Source of the DNA: Eledone cirrhosa
Taxonomy: Eukaryota
Assembly: GCA_964016885.1 (NCBI GenBank)
Contig: OZ024752.1
Location: 28,458,001-28,522,000, forward strand
Direction: 5' to 3'
DNA: 64,000 bases
This document shows positions 38,053-62,616 of the stretch, piece by piece (the first letter of the stretch is position 1; every line of letters starts with the position of its first letter). Below the pieces are notes generated by a model. That model made no database searches. It saw only the letters and a program-made list of their open reading frames with translations, and was not told the origin of the DNA. The position numbers were made by a program, and so were the translations under genes.

Positions 38053-40524
38053 TAGTACTAATGAGCGCCCATTCCAAGCGTGCCCATGGAGGATAGAGCG
38101 TACCCCGCCATCAGGTACCCTCTATCATCCACCCCCGAGGCCAGCGCCAAGCGTTTGCGTGACCAGTTAAACGCCAAGCATATCATGGGTGGGTGATGTC
38201 TCGGCCGCAGTCAGAGTTGTTGCCTCAGAGGACACTGTCCTCCAACCCACCGAGGAGGTCCTGGCTGCTCTGCGACTCAAACACCCTGAGCCACCCACTG
38301 ACCTCAGACCCATACCCCCACCCGACCTCCACTTGCTCCTTGTGGTTTCTGATGCAGACATTATGTCCGCCATCAGGTCCTTCCCAGCTAGAAGCTGCGG
38401 AGGTGTTGATGGTCTCCGACCAGGCCACCTCAAGGAGTTGATATCCCCCCTCTCCGCTGATGCCCGGCGCCGCCTTCTAAGTGGAATTGCGGCGCTGACC
38501 AATAGGCTCATCCATGGCGCCCTGGACCCTTACGCCCGAGGCCTCTTTTTTTCGGCCAGCCTCACCACTCTCAGGAAGAAAGAGGGTGGCATACGCCCCA
38601 TCGCTGTGGGCGATGTCTTCTGGAGGCTGGCTGCCAAGGTGATCTGCAAGTCCGTAACACATGAACTGGGTGAGGAGTTTAGTCCGGTGCAACTGGGTGT
38701 CCGGTGGCTGTGAGGGGGCCGCCCATGCAACCAGGCAGTTCTTCAACAGCTGCCCATCGGAACCGGCATCCAGGGACTCCAGGCACCTCATTGTCAAGCT
38801 TGACATTGTCAAGCTTGCCTTCAACTCTTTACACCGGGATCATCTGCTCGAGGCCTGCCTCAGCCGAGCCCCCCTCTGCCTACCCGCTGGCCTACCTGTC
38901 GTATGGAGCCCCGAGCAAGCTCCTTGATGCTGGTACGGTCTCACCCTCGACTACTGGGGTCCAACAGGGCGAACATTTGGGACCCCTCCTGTTCGCCATT
39001 GGTATTGACCACATCGCCCGGAGTATCACGGCCCCTCTCAGCGTTTGGTATCTGGATGATGCTACGTTGGGCGGGCCCGTACGGGCGGTCTGCCATGATC
39101 TTCAATCGGTGGTTCTTGCCCTGGCGGGAATCGCCCTCCAGGTCAACTCGGCCAAGTCGGAGGCGGTGAATGTCAGCCTCGATGCTGTGAGCTTTGCAGC
39201 GTCCGTCTTGGACGTGCGGTCCATCTCCGCCAAGTTAAGGTGACCCCCCCCCACCCCCCCAAGAGGTTGTCCTCATCCTCGGGTCACCGATCCACCCGCC
39301 GGCCATCCGCTCCACCATCAGGTCCAGGCTTCAACAGCTCCAGACTCTCACGAGCCGACTGGGCTTGATTGACGGCTACCCAGCTCTCTTTCTGCTGAGG
39401 AACTGCTTCGCCATGCCGAAGCTCCTCTATACACTCCGCAGCGCTCCGTGTTACACCCAGACATCTCTCCTCGCTGACCTCGATACTTGTATCCGAGCAG
39501 TAGCTGAGGAGATATGCAACGTCAAGTTTGACGACATAGGGTGGCAACAGGTCAGGTATGGCGGCCTTGGCCTCCGGTCCCCGATCTCACTAGATTTGCC
39601 GGCGTATCTTTCGTCGGTAAACTCGTGCCACGTCCTCGTCAGCAAGGTTCTTCAAAACACAACAGAACCCTCTGTGTCCAGAGAACGTGAGGCCGCCTGT
39701 GAGACGTGGGACCGGTTGGGACTTATCCCAGTAGCCGTCTATCCTCCTTCTCCCCCTATTGACGTCAAGTACCCCCAACGCACTTGGGATGCCATCCAGT
39801 GCAGCCTGGCCTCAGACACGCTCACGCGCCAGTTGGACCAGCACTGCTCTGCTTGTTTTCGTGCGGCCTCCAAACCCCACAGTGGTGCCTGGCTCCATGC
39901 CCTGGCCTCCTTTTTCACTGGCACGCAGCTAGACAACCATAACCTGCGCATCGGCGTTTCCCTGAGGCTCGGCATCCAGATCTGCCAGCCACATCGCTTT
40001 CCTGTCGCCACAGTGGCGATCGCATTTCACGCCATGCTTCCCTCAACGAAGTCATTAAGCATGGCTTGGACACTGCAGCCTTCCCTTCCCAGCTCGAGCC
40101 GGTGGGGCTGGATCGAGGGGACGGCAAAAGGCCAGATGGCATGACCATCTTCCCGTTCCGCGGTGACAACCCTCTCGTCTGGGATGCCACTTGCACCGAC
40201 ACGTTCTGCAGCCGCAACCTGGTGCAGTCTGCGATTGATCCAGGTTCTGCTGCACGTCGGGCTGAGGGGGCCAAACTCCTCAAATACCGGTCGCTCTCCG
40301 ACAGGTTTGCGGTCGTACCCCTGGCAGTGGAGAGTTCTGGTGTCCTCGGCCCCACAGCTACCTCCTTACTCACCACCATAGGCGCTGAGCTGGCCAGCCG
40401 CAGGTGTGAGGCCCGCGAGTTGGAGTGGCTTTTCCAGCGCGTCTCCCTTGCCGTCCTCCTGGGAAACGCCTTCTCCATTCTGTCCGCCAGGGATGTGGGT
40501 GGGCCCCATCGCGTACCGTTGTAG
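38053..40524 (+). mobile_element. Degenerate CRE-clade non-LTR retrotransposon (RT plus restriction-like endonuclease), frameshifted and 5'-truncated
   Basis: Motifs across frames: GGIRPIAVGD, QLGV..GGCEGAAHA, KL.FNSLHR, GVQQGEHLGPLLF, WYLDD, GGLGLRS, HSGAWL, RPDGMT..WDATCTDT, K..KY, PLAVESSGVLG; visibly much more GC-rich than the flanks. Confidence 0.9.
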
Positions 40525-40754
40525 TTATTGTAGAAGAAACAGGAAGACAACAATTTCAATGAATTGCTGGTGTGTTTGGTTGTTCATACATCCACGCACA
40601 CACACCACTACGTAAGTATATACATTGTTAACGAATACTGATTTATATATATATAAACTCTTCCTTTCCTCTTGCTTTCTTTTCTTTCCTTCCCTATATA
40701 TATACACATAGTGTAGGTGGTTCAGTGAAATACTGGTGTTAGTACCAAAGAAAG

Positions 40755-40811
<57 letters not shown>

Positions 40812-40836
40812 TATATATAAACGTTTGTATATGTAT

Positions 40837-41020
40837 AATTGTTTCTACTTTAGGCACAAGGCCAGCAATTACCCAGTGTATTACTGGTACTTTATTTTAT
40901 CGACCCCGTAAGGATGAAAAGCAAAGTCAACCTCGGCGGGATTTGAACTCAGATCGTAAACGGACGTCACTATGCTGGAAAGCATGGCGTCCGACCCTCT
41001 ACCGATACTGCCAATCCACC
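40837..41020 (-). mobile_element. SINE subfamily 1 copy
   Basis: Reverse complement of the consensus. Confidence 0.87.
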
Positions 41021-41193
41021 GTATAATAAAGCCAAAACAGTGCAGGTATGGACATAGAATAAAGAATGCAAATGCAAAAGATATTGTTGACAATTAGTCT
41101 TTACCTTAGATTTATTTAAATGTGTCACACACAGAAACAAAATGGCGTAGGATAGAAGAAAGAAAAGGCACAGAAACGAAGAAAGGAATCCCC

Positions 41194-41238
41194 AGTCACT
41201 GAAGAGGTCACAGAGTGTGTGACGAAAGGACTATGACT
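41194..41238 (+). ncRNA. Minimal hammerhead ribozyme motif (family A)
   Basis: Identical to 28792-28836. Confidence 0.65.
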
Positions 41239-41398
41239 ATATATATAAACAACTATCTGGTTGTGGAACCAACCAACCAACCAGAAATTTATAAGTTTGT
41301 AGATTTGTAAATTTATAAATTTATAAATATATAATAAATTGAAGTGAAAGCAACTGGTGCGTGTGTTTCTTATTGGCAACATGACCCTCCCAAAGTAT

Positions 41399-41495
<97 letters not shown>

Positions 41496-41588
41496 TGACA
41501 TAGTCACTACTTTAAAACTCATAGCGAATGGTCTTCAAAATGTTTTTAAATAAACATACAGTATATTATCAAATATACTATACATACA

Positions 41589-41631
<43 letters not shown>

Positions 41632-41692
41632 GTTTCAATACACGTTTACAGATAAGAAATCTTGCAGAACAAGTTCAAAAACGAAGTATATA

Positions 41693-42080
41693 CGAGGGTA
41701 ATCCCAAAAGTAAGGTCTCCAAAGCGACGGGGACGCAGAGAGACTGTTCGTACGGCTCTTGTGATTGGTGCTTCCTTTACTCCCAAACAAGCATGCGCGT
41801 GCTTCGCTGGGATGCCCAATCTTGGCTTGGTTGAGAATGGGGCTCCGGTTGGACGCTACCGCCAAGTGCGAATTTCGCTCAGTTATTATATACGAGGGCA
41901 ATCCCAAAAGTAAAGTCTCCTTCCGAGGAAAACATGCATGAAGATCGGCGGATCACTCTGGGTGCTCTCTGCATTTTGGTTCCTGGGGTTTCCCGAAGCA
42001 CCATCCGAAGCACCATCCACAGGATTTCAACGGAAAAGTTGCAATATCGGAAGGAGACCTTACTTTTGGGATTGCCCTCG
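41693..42080 (+). mobile_element. Mariner/Tc1 deletion derivative with a duplicated left TIR
   Basis: TIR CGAGGG(T/C)AATCCCAAAAGTAA(G/A)GTCTCC at 41693 and 41893, reverse complement ending at 42080, TA flanks; internal EDRRITLGAL...GVSRSTI..HRISTEKLQYRK resembles the mariner HTH region. Confidence 0.85.
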
Positions 42081-42149
42081 TATATATATATCGAAATGTT
42101 ACATTATAAAAGAAGTTACTACCAGATAGTAATATTTTTTTCTACTTTA

Positions 42150-42622
42150 GCATGGCGTCCGACCCTCTACCGATACTGCCAATCCACCGCCGATAGTAAT
42201 AATATAAGGTGGCGAGGGTGGTGGATAAGCAGAATTGGAAGAGCGTCGGATAAAATGTGATTACGGTATTTGTTCTGATTCTTTACATTCTGTGTTCAAA
42301 TCCCACTGCGGTCAACTTTGCTTTCCATCCTTCTGGAGTCGATAAAATACAGTACCAGTCATGTACTGGGGTTGATTTAATCCCCTTAGCCCTTCCTCTG
42401 AATTAGCTGCTTTTATCGTTGAATTAGAAATAAATAATTGGTTCTACATTTGGCACAAGGCCAGCAATTATCCACTACATTACTGGTACTTTATTTTATC
42501 GACCCCGTAAGGATGAAAGGCAAAGTTAACCTCGGCGGTATTTGAACTCAGTCCGTAAAGGGACGTAACTATGTGTTGGAAGGCATGGCGTCCGACCCCC
42601 AACCAATACTGCTAATCCACCA
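42150..42622. mobile_element. SINE cluster: partial head (-), one copy (+, about 42220-42430), one copy (-, about 42436-42622)
   Basis: Shared B-box and core in both orientations. Confidence 0.8.
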
Positions 42623-43139
42623 ATAATATGAAGAGTTTTGGTGAAGAACTCGAAAGAGTTTCAATAACTAATGTTATGTCTCTAAGAATGCATTACGTGT
42701 GACCTATTATATATTGGATTTTTTCTATATTTTTACTGACTTTCAAATTTGACTACTTTGTCCATTTTCATAAATATTCAGACCAGATTATATTTTTCAT
42801 GCAGTTATTGACCTGTTGGTGTTCCGGTAGGTCATCAACTACGCCACATCTACCGAATATATAATATATGAATTAGTATAATTGGATTAGATATTAGCAT
42901 CAGCATCATACCACATTATGCCTGATGGTTGGCAAATGTGCGATGAATGCTTCTTCTCCATGTTTGTCCATCCTTAACCATATCTTCAACTCAGTCAATA
43001 AATTGGTTCCTGTTAACATTAGCACAATGGAACCAAGCGATTCATCTGCGGCCTGGTCCCGTAATGTTCTCAGTTGCTGCAGTAGTGATATGTCACTTCA
43101 AATCCTTTCCAGCAGAACCGCGTAATATATGTTAAGATA

Positions 43140-43423
43140 TGATTTTTTGGAACAGTTCATATTTTCCATAAATCAAAAATGACGTTCACTTTTCTAAAGA
43201 TAGATGTGACGATATGTACGAAATACACGATAGAACTCAATATACTTAGATTCCCATTAAACAAATTTGTTGTGTTGTATTTAGAATACGACATATTTCT
43301 AAGATGCTAAACAATACTATTGAGCGGAGCAAAGAAAAATGAGAAATAATTTCTTAATTTTATAGCTCAACGAGTCTTAAACTAGAATAACTATACTTGT
43401 ACTAATAGAAATATATATTACGT
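43140..43423 (+). repeat. Diverged direct duplicate of the start of gene 2 intron 1 (46680-46953)
   Basis: Colinear matches from GATTTTTTGGAACAGTT to CTATACTTGTACT..TAGAAATAT.TATTACGTA. Confidence 0.85.
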
Positions 43424-43774
43424 AGTTTATTGTCATCTCCTAATCCAGCCTCAGGGATTTGATAAGATCCAACGTAAAGACAGCCAAATGTTTACCATGA
43501 CATAGATAACTGATTGGGTATCAATAGATCTATTGTCATTAGATCCATTGTCAGTTCCAGAATTACCATTGTACTCACTTTTTGGAACACTATATGTTTG
43601 CTACATCTTACGGAATATATTAACTTAACACTTTAGTATTATGTCAAAATAAAATTTTGTATAAATAATGATCTGCACGATACAGATTTTAGACTGTATA
43701 AAGCATATTTGAGCTGATTTATGGTATAAGTGAAATTTTAGTTTAATCCACTTTTATTTTATATATATATGTAT

Positions 43775-43883
<109 letters not shown>

Positions 43884-43997
43884 CGTGCGTGTGTGTATGT
43901 ATGCATGAATATATATATATAGATATATGTATCTATGTATATATATAAATATATATATACATATATATGTGTGTGTGTGTGTATGTATATGTGTATA

Positions 43998-44041
<44 letters not shown>

Positions 44042-44049
44042 ATACATAC

Positions 44050-44081
<32 letters not shown>

Positions 44082-44304
44082 GAAAGATCGAGTATCGAAA
44101 AATCGGCGCACGAGTTCACGATAAACGAAATTCGATATGAGCGGCAGAGGGCTCAATAATTCAGATGAATCAGAGCTATAATATATATATATACAATATA
44201 CATACATATATATATATACACACACACACAATATACATACATATATATATATATATACATACATATATGTGTGTGTGTAATGTATGTATATATGTGTGTG
44301 TATA

Positions 44305-44358
<54 letters not shown>

Positions 44359-44450
44359 AACGAGTAGGACCCCGACGGCTGAGTTCAAGCCGTTTCGACG
44401 GCTAATTCTGGACTAAATGGTCCACCTGGTTCCTTACCACATTTCCTCCG

Positions 44451-44497
<47 letters not shown>

Positions 44498-45017
44498 CAT
44501 ACATTACACACACACATGTACGTATATGCAAAAAATTATATATGCCTAATACCATTGCTTGTTTCCTTCCTGTATATGATTAATGCATTTACACTCTCTT
44601 AACGCTTGCATATGTACTCGTTTTACGAGTAACTTTCTACCTTAATGCCTCTTTAATTGTTATACTATTCCCTTATAATCTCTGTCGCTTGCATTCCACT
44701 CTGTACCTTTATAATTTGTAAATTTTAATTTGTAATTTTAATTATTGTACAATTCTCTTGTAATCTGTGTCGCCTCCATTTCACCTTGTAAATACAAAAG
44801 TGTTGACAACATTAATTCACATGTATCTATATGATTGTTTAGTTGAATATGAGGTTAATTATATGTACAAACATTGGTACTGCTCCGATGAAATCAAACG
44901 ATAGTTTGGAAGAAACGATTGTCAGCAATAAAATGATTTGAACATAGTTTTGATTATTGTGTAATTTACAGTTACATACATATATGTATGTGTATATATA
45001 TATATATGTATGTCTAT

Positions 45018-45094
<77 letters not shown>

Positions 45095-45281
45095 GTGTGT
45101 GTGTATGTATATTGTATATGAATATATATATATATATTGTTATACTTTGGGAGGGTCATGTTGCCAATAAGAAACACACGCACCAGTTGCTTTCACTTCA
45201 ATTTATTATAATAAATTTATAATAAATTTATAAATTTCTGGTTGGTTGGTTGGTTCCACAACCAGATAGTTGTTTATATAT

Positions 45282-45326
45282 TGTCATAGTTCTTTCGTCA
45301 CACACTCTGTGACCTCTTCAGTGACT
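45282..45326 (-). ncRNA. Minimal hammerhead ribozyme motif (family A)
   Basis: gtca-CTGAAGA-g-gtcaca gagtg tgtgac-GAAA-gaac-TA^tgac. Confidence 0.62.
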
Positions 45327-45494
45327 GGGGATTCCTTTCTTTGTTTCTGTGCCTCTCCTTTGTTCTGTCCTACGCCATGTTGTATATATATATTTATTTA
45401 TATATGTATGTATATTGTATATATATATATATATATATAATTATATATATATATATGTATGTATGTATATTGTATATATATATTTATATATATA

Positions 45495-45611
<117 letters not shown>

Positions 45612-45647
45612 GCATATTGTATATATATATATATATATATATATGTG

Positions 45648-45688
<41 letters not shown>

Positions 45689-46369
45689 ATATATATATAT
45701 GTATATGTACATATACATACACACATATATACATTGTTATTATCTTCAGGGTGAATTGGATCAACTGTCTGAGTGACGGAGAGATAGGCGAATCAATATA
45801 AAATCCTTCCGTTTATGTTCTGGTATCAAATTCTGTTGGATTTGAATTGTTCATTCAATCTTTAGAAATCGATACAATAGGGACGCATTATAAACTATAA
45901 TCTATTTAATCTACATTTTCACCTCCGCAAAATCACCAATAGGGAAGTAGAGCCTTCTTGGATTCGCGCAGGCTGGAGGAAATGTTAATTAGCAGAATAC
46001 TAATTACTCAAAATAACAACAATATATATATAAACAAATAATTGAAAAATAAAATGAATCAGCACCGCTAAATGGTAATTTATAAGACAAGGAGAGTAAT
46101 TAGTTAAGGCGGTGTTAAAGACGCGGTGGACCTCATTAGCTCTTTGATGTTTAACTAATGTATGTATGTGTTTGTTTGTTGTTTGTGTGCAGGTGTGTGT
46201 ATGTGTGTGTTTCTACGCGTGTGAATATTTCCGGCAGTGTGTAGTGATTGTCTTTATTGTTGCATAAGTATATGTGTGTATGTGTGGCGTAATAATGTAT
46301 TAGTGAAGTGAGGAAGCCATGTTTTTGTCGTGATGGTAGGAGGTAACAATGAATTAGAATGACCGTGGT

Positions 46370-46376
46370 TATATAA
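46370..46376 (+). promoter_or_regulatory. Putative TATA box of S-crystallin gene 2
   Basis: TATATAA 130 bp upstream of the ATG, same spacing as in gene 1. Confidence 0.6.
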
Positions 46377-46448
46377 GGACCTTGCACATTGGTTGAGATT
46401 AGATTCAGTCTACTAACTAGTCAGCTCTAGCACAGGACTCTTGCATAG

Positions 46449-56911
<10,463 letters not shown>

Positions 56912-57204
56912 GAATTCACTTAACCAATAAAGAGAAAACTTTATAAAATGTTAAATAATAATTGACTAATTAATCAAGTCATTAACGAACAAAGAAACAA
57001 AAAACAACAAATGTTCCTAAAAGAAAATACTGGAAAAAGTTATATCGTCATAACGATGATAATCTAACTTACAACAATAGGAGTTCTCTCGAGTTTTGTT
57101 TAAACCATCTAAAACATCAACATCGGGAAAATAATATTAAATTAAACATTTCAAAATTATCTTTACTGGAAATCAAGTATAATCTCACATTTTAAAAAGC
57201 ATAA

Positions 57205-57210
57205 AATAAA
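57205..57210 (+). terminator. Candidate polyadenylation signal, gene 2
   Basis: AATAAA followed by a GT/T-rich tract; a more proximal AATAAA lies at 56926-56931. Confidence 0.45.
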
Positions 57211-58394
57211 TTTGTTTTCTTTAAACATATATATAATGTTGTTGCTGTTGCTGCTGTTGTTTTTTGTAATTTTTTTTTTTTTTGTATTGTTTTTGCTTTA
57301 TCACAGATGACCGTTCTTTATTAGACATGTTTTAGACCTGCCAACCTCTAAAAACCCAAACGGGGAGTACCATGAAAAAATTGCTCCAAATCGGGGAGAG
57401 ATGAGGTAAAATGGGGATATTTTATATGATGAAATCTATACCCATTTTCACAAGAGAAGACATCTCTCACCCATCCCAAGGTGGGTGGGAGATCTCCCCT
57501 TTTCGGTCGGGGAGAGTTGACAGATTTGCGGTGTACTAATATATTTATTATTGTTAGTAGAAATGGCTCAGGGCAGCATTATACGATATTTACATACGTT
57601 TCTTAAACGTTCGAACAACCAATTATAGTACTTTTAACTTATTAATTTTCTCTCTGTGTTGATAAAATACGTACAACTGTGTACTGGTGTTTGATTTTAT
57701 CACTAACATTTACCTTATCAATAGTTTACCTAGTGCCAATATATATAATCAATATTATTATGGTTGCCGTTGTTGTTTTCTTAAAGTCAGGTGTTGAGTT
57801 AATGTGTTGCTTTCAACCATTGTGTATCATCTATCTAAACTATATGATCAAATTACGTCTTTGAAATATGAAACTATGATACATTGCTTTTGTTGTACAA
57901 ACATTTCCCTGCAAATTACTACACTTCATGTTCTGTGAGAGTCATGTGTTTATTATCATTTCAATGGTTTAATGTGTTTGTATAGACTCGTAATTACTGT
58001 TGAAGTCGTACGTGTACCGTGGTGATATACAATGTATATTTAGTATGTTAAAACTGGGGGAGCCCAACCCCTCCCCAAATCTAAGCATAACCAGATCAGA
58101 TGCAAAGAGAGAGTGAGAGAATGGAATTGAAAATAGGATATAGGGGAAGAATTGAACTTCAGAACAATACTGCAACATTTTTTTATCGACCAATTTTTAT
58201 CTCAGCGGGTTTTGAAATATGAGAACGAATACCATAAGGCTTTCTTACCGACTTTACCGTTTCGATGTTTAAGGTGAGAATATCAGACCCACAAAGACTC
58301 ACATATGTACACTACATGAAAACATACACACATGCACGCACGCACACAAGCACACCCACATACAAGCACTTCCACATACAAAGACATATTAGGA

Positions 58395-58730
58395 TTTTAA
58401 TCTCAACTTTTAAGGGAGTCGTAGGGGCGCTGTATTCATATACAGAGTTTATTGGGCCGATTTTTAAAGCTGGCGGAGCCCATCTCTTCTCAAAGTCTGA
58501 ATCCAGCAGCTTTCTGCCAGAGAAAGAAAGAGAGTGTGAGAGAATGGAAGGGAGAAAAAGAAACAGAGTAAGAATCGACCCTAGTACTAGACTGGTTCGT
58601 TTTCTATCAACCTTGAATGAATGAAAGGCAAAGTTGGCCTCCGTAGGATTTGAACTGAGGGCAAAGAGCCGATATGAATACTGAAAAGCATTCTATCTGA
58701 CGATCTAACGACTGTCAGTTCGCCGCCTAT
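58395..58730 (-). mobile_element. SINE subfamily 2 copy
   Basis: Reverse complement of head, core and tail. Confidence 0.78.
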
Positions 58731-60538
58731 CTAAAATACATTGACAATTCAAAAGGGTATATTAATCAAGAACTTATATATAAGAATATATATTGAGTAT
58801 TGTTCTAAAGTAATTTTGAATTTATTTTCCAAAGATGAATATGTGCCTGTATTTCGTGACAGTTGATCTTATTCATTTGTCATGCTATCCGAATCGCCTA
58901 ATTCAACCTGTTTATATATATTTCTCCTACCAACTTTCTTCCATTCGAGAAAGATAAGTTAGTATCTTAAATTTTCATTATGAGTATATCTCATTACCCA
59001 TAGTATATCCACAGCAGACAACCATAATCTCTTCTACAGGAGTTTGCTAACATATTCCATATGACCATTCAACTAAATAATATTTTCTACAGATGGTGAA
59101 ATGTTCACCAATTTTATTTATTGGGTCCGAGAACATGTATTTACTGCATTCCATTCCATATTTTATGCACATAAATGTCATCCACACATAGTCAGCCGAA
59201 ACATTTCATGCCAGAACTGCACAAATCTTCAGTCCAGAGACATTGATAAGATAATTAGATTCGAATATAAGATATAAATTATTCTACGTAAACAGATCCA
59301 AAATTGTAATTATATATATGAAGGAAAACTCTAACATCATGCATAACTTTTCTGAAACCTCTTAGATTGTCACTACTACTGCGGTTATTCGCAATCGAGT
59401 ACGACTTGGTATATACCATGCTTTCGTTAACAATTTTAGATGCCTGTACGAGCAGACATAAGCATATATTTCCTATACATTCTTCCTTTGATCCAAATGG
59501 CTAGAATTTTCATCTAAACGAATGAAAGGTAAAGTAAACCTCGGCGGGATGTCAGCTAAATACGTACAGACTCGGAATAAATATTCAACGCTCTAACGAC
59601 TACCAATTCATCCACCTCCTGCTTTCTAGGTATATCTAAGTATTAGCGACAGTGTTTGATCCTGATATGGTACACTTAGGCAATTAGATATATTAATTTA
59701 GTACGCTGCAGTGAGCTGAAAAGTATATATCGAGGCCATATCAGCGGTAAGAGATAAATAAAACACTGTAATACGTACTGAGATTAGTCAGTTGTAAATT
59801 TCTAGCAAATGTACCGCTGTCTCAGGCATGGATTGAGATAAATTGTATTGTTAATATAGTTGCTTTGTATCATTAGAAGAAGCAAATATTTTATACCATA
59901 ATGTAAAAGGAGGCTTGATCGTAAATGTTTACATATGTAATACATGCAATTTGAATGTTTGAATTGGAAAACATACACAACATATATTATATGAAGTTGT
60001 CAAGTTGATCATTCTTTTTCAGGTTCAGCTTGTAATACATGACTTCTTAAATCTGGGTTTCCATAATGCCAATGAAAGCTTTTACATTATTTTACAAGCA
60101 GCATGTTTTCTTTTATTTTTTCATGTTTTTCTAAAAGAGCTCAGCCACACTGTAAATCGTCACTATTGATTAATTGAATAGAGTTAATTTGTTTCATAAA
60201 ATAGCTGTCAGGGTTTGCAAATGGACTCCGAGAAAAATCAATAGAAATATTAATGTCTAAATTTTGTTCCTACAGTTTGTTTTTTAATCATGTTTTTTAA
60301 TCATTTTTTATAATCATTTTTTTATATTTTTCTCAATTGGTTTCCTTAGTTCGTGTCATTTGTTGTTGTTGTTTTTTTAATTTTAGAATTTAATTTTTTA
60401 ACGAATTTCTAACTTCAGTATTCGTTTTAGAACATTAATCACAAACGCGCAAATTTGGAAATGCTATGAAGAAGAATTTCAGAACAAAATTTTTTTTTTT
60501 TAAGCTAGTTCTGTTAACTCTGTCATGGAGCAAATCTC

Positions 60539-60668
60539 TTAAGCTGATAATATCGGATGTCTCACAGAACCATCATTATCATCATCATCTTCTTCACCAA
60601 TAGCATCACCATCATATGCATCACCAAAACTATCTTTCTTCTCTTCCGCCCCCTCAGCATGATCATCT
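60539..60668 (-). CDS. Probable terminal coding exon of an unidentified convergent gene (acidic C-terminus)
   Basis: Minus strand: T-rich tract then ...aattcag|, then DDHAEGAEEKKDSFGDAYDGDAIGEEDDDDNDGSVRHPILSA*, followed by A-rich UTR-like sequence with AATAAA at 60117-60112; upstream exons not found in the window. Confidence 0.5.
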
Positions 60669-60959
60669 CTGAATTTCGATTAACAGAAGAACTTAATATT
60701 GAATGTAAAACAGAAAAAATATCTGTATGCCACTTGTCAGAAATCATCTTTAATAAAAAGTCACAGATTTTTTTTTAAATGAAGTATGAGTCCAATTACT
60801 GTTCCAATAAAAATACACTAGTCGTCAGAGAGGCATTTGCAACTGTTAGTATGTGGCTATCCTCAATATACATCAGTATTTAAAAGGTGCATAAAACCTA
60901 GATCTTAAAGGTTATTTGAATGTATGTCGTTAATAACCATATCCTCTAACACGTTAAGC

Positions 60960-61500
60960 CTCATATGCTCCTTAATGTCCACCAGTACGGCTTCCATAAA
61001 TCAATTCCACTGTAAATCTGCTGTCATATGTCATTATTCAAAAGTGTGTCTTCAAAAGTGAGTCTTATATCTTGAGAATTTGACCCAAACAATGACGTTT
61101 CAATTGATACCATCAAACTATTTGACCGTGTCTAGTATACAAAGGTCCTAGTTATGGTGCCTATCTATAGAAGGTATCGGTTTCCCCGTCTCTTGAAGCG
61201 ATTGCTGACTGTACTATATGATCAAATGCTTAATTATAACCTTCCATCACTACATGAATGTCATCATTGCTGAAACGTCCAACGCAAAGAATTTCTTGAC
61301 AGATAATAATATCATCCATCAATGCCGTATCACTTATTTGTATATACATGCAACCAAAATAATATTCCATCAATATTGCTCAAATGATGATATCGTTGAT
61401 CACCGTACTATTCTTCCCTTGTGGAAATCGAGCTTGAATCATTTAACATTACAACAGAACTATTTCACCTCAACTGGCCCTACTTTCTTGAAATATTTCA
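60960..61500 (+). mobile_element. Ancient LINE RT relic
   Basis: Decayed RT motifs LLNVHQYGFHKS (about 60968-61003) and VSIDTIKLFDRV* (about 61097-61135). Confidence 0.5.
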
Positions 61501-62516
61501 ATGCAGAAAATAATACCGTAACATCCACATGGTTGTGGGACTAATCTCTTCAATACGTTCTATATAAATCACCTACATCCAGATATGTTTCGGCCAATAA
61601 TGTGTGAGCTATGTGTTTATGTATACGTAGTTTTCTCGTATTGTTTGTGGACAAACATCCCACTTAATTGAAATGCATTTGTCTTTATCTAAATTATTGC
61701 TTCATCTTTTTTATTTTATAGTGTGTGTGTGTTAGAGATAGATAGAGAGAGAGAGAGTGTGTGTGTGTATGCATGTGTGTGTATGTCTGTGTGTGTGAGC
61801 ATATGTGTGTATGTCTGTGTGTGTGAGCATATGTGTGTATGTGTAACGGTGCCAATCATATTAGAATTAGTGAAATTTCTTCTATAGAGAAATACAGATA
61901 TGTGGACCACTATAGTGAGAGGAATTCAATCACAAGATATTGCTTACGTGATATATACACAATCTAGGATTCAGAAACCGCACGAAACTACCTTAGACAC
62001 ATAATACTCTCACCTATTTGGAATACACATGATGGTCCTTCGTCAGTTTCGACAATCACTGTTCCAGTTGTTTGATTAACATAACTGCCTGCTCATGAAA
62101 TTAACGTGTAAGTGGCTAAACATTCCACAGTACTTAACACCACAACTCTCCCGCTGGGCAGTCATTGTTTCATATCCAGCCGACCACACCGGTCCTCACA
62201 AACCCATACCTACACACGTACGCGCGCTCATGTATAAGCACCCCAATTAAAAACAAAAGCACAAACACACACACACACACAAACGCACACACACACACAT
62301 ACACACGCACACACAAATAAAATTAGGAATAAACGCGCGCGCACACACACATTCACATTAAAATATGTATATATATATGCACACGAGTAGCCTTCCCTAT
62401 GCACTCAAATACATATGCCCACATCCACGAAACGAAATAGGGCCAATGCTTATATATATATATATACCCATCATTTCATAGAACACAGCAAACACTGGAA
62501 TTTTTGTTTTTTGTCG

Positions 62517-62616
62517 GATCACCAGTCTGATGAGCAGATAGATAATGCAGACGAGTTAATACCTTTTATGGATGACTTTCACCCAATCCTCTGCGAAACG
62601 CGCGTAACAGGTCGAT
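62517..62616 (+). ncRNA. Type I hammerhead ribozyme motif with a long loop II
   Basis: accagt-CTGATGA-gcaga...tctgc-GAAA-cgcgcg-TA^acaggt (one stem I mismatch), then AATAAA and (TA)n. Confidence 0.72.
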
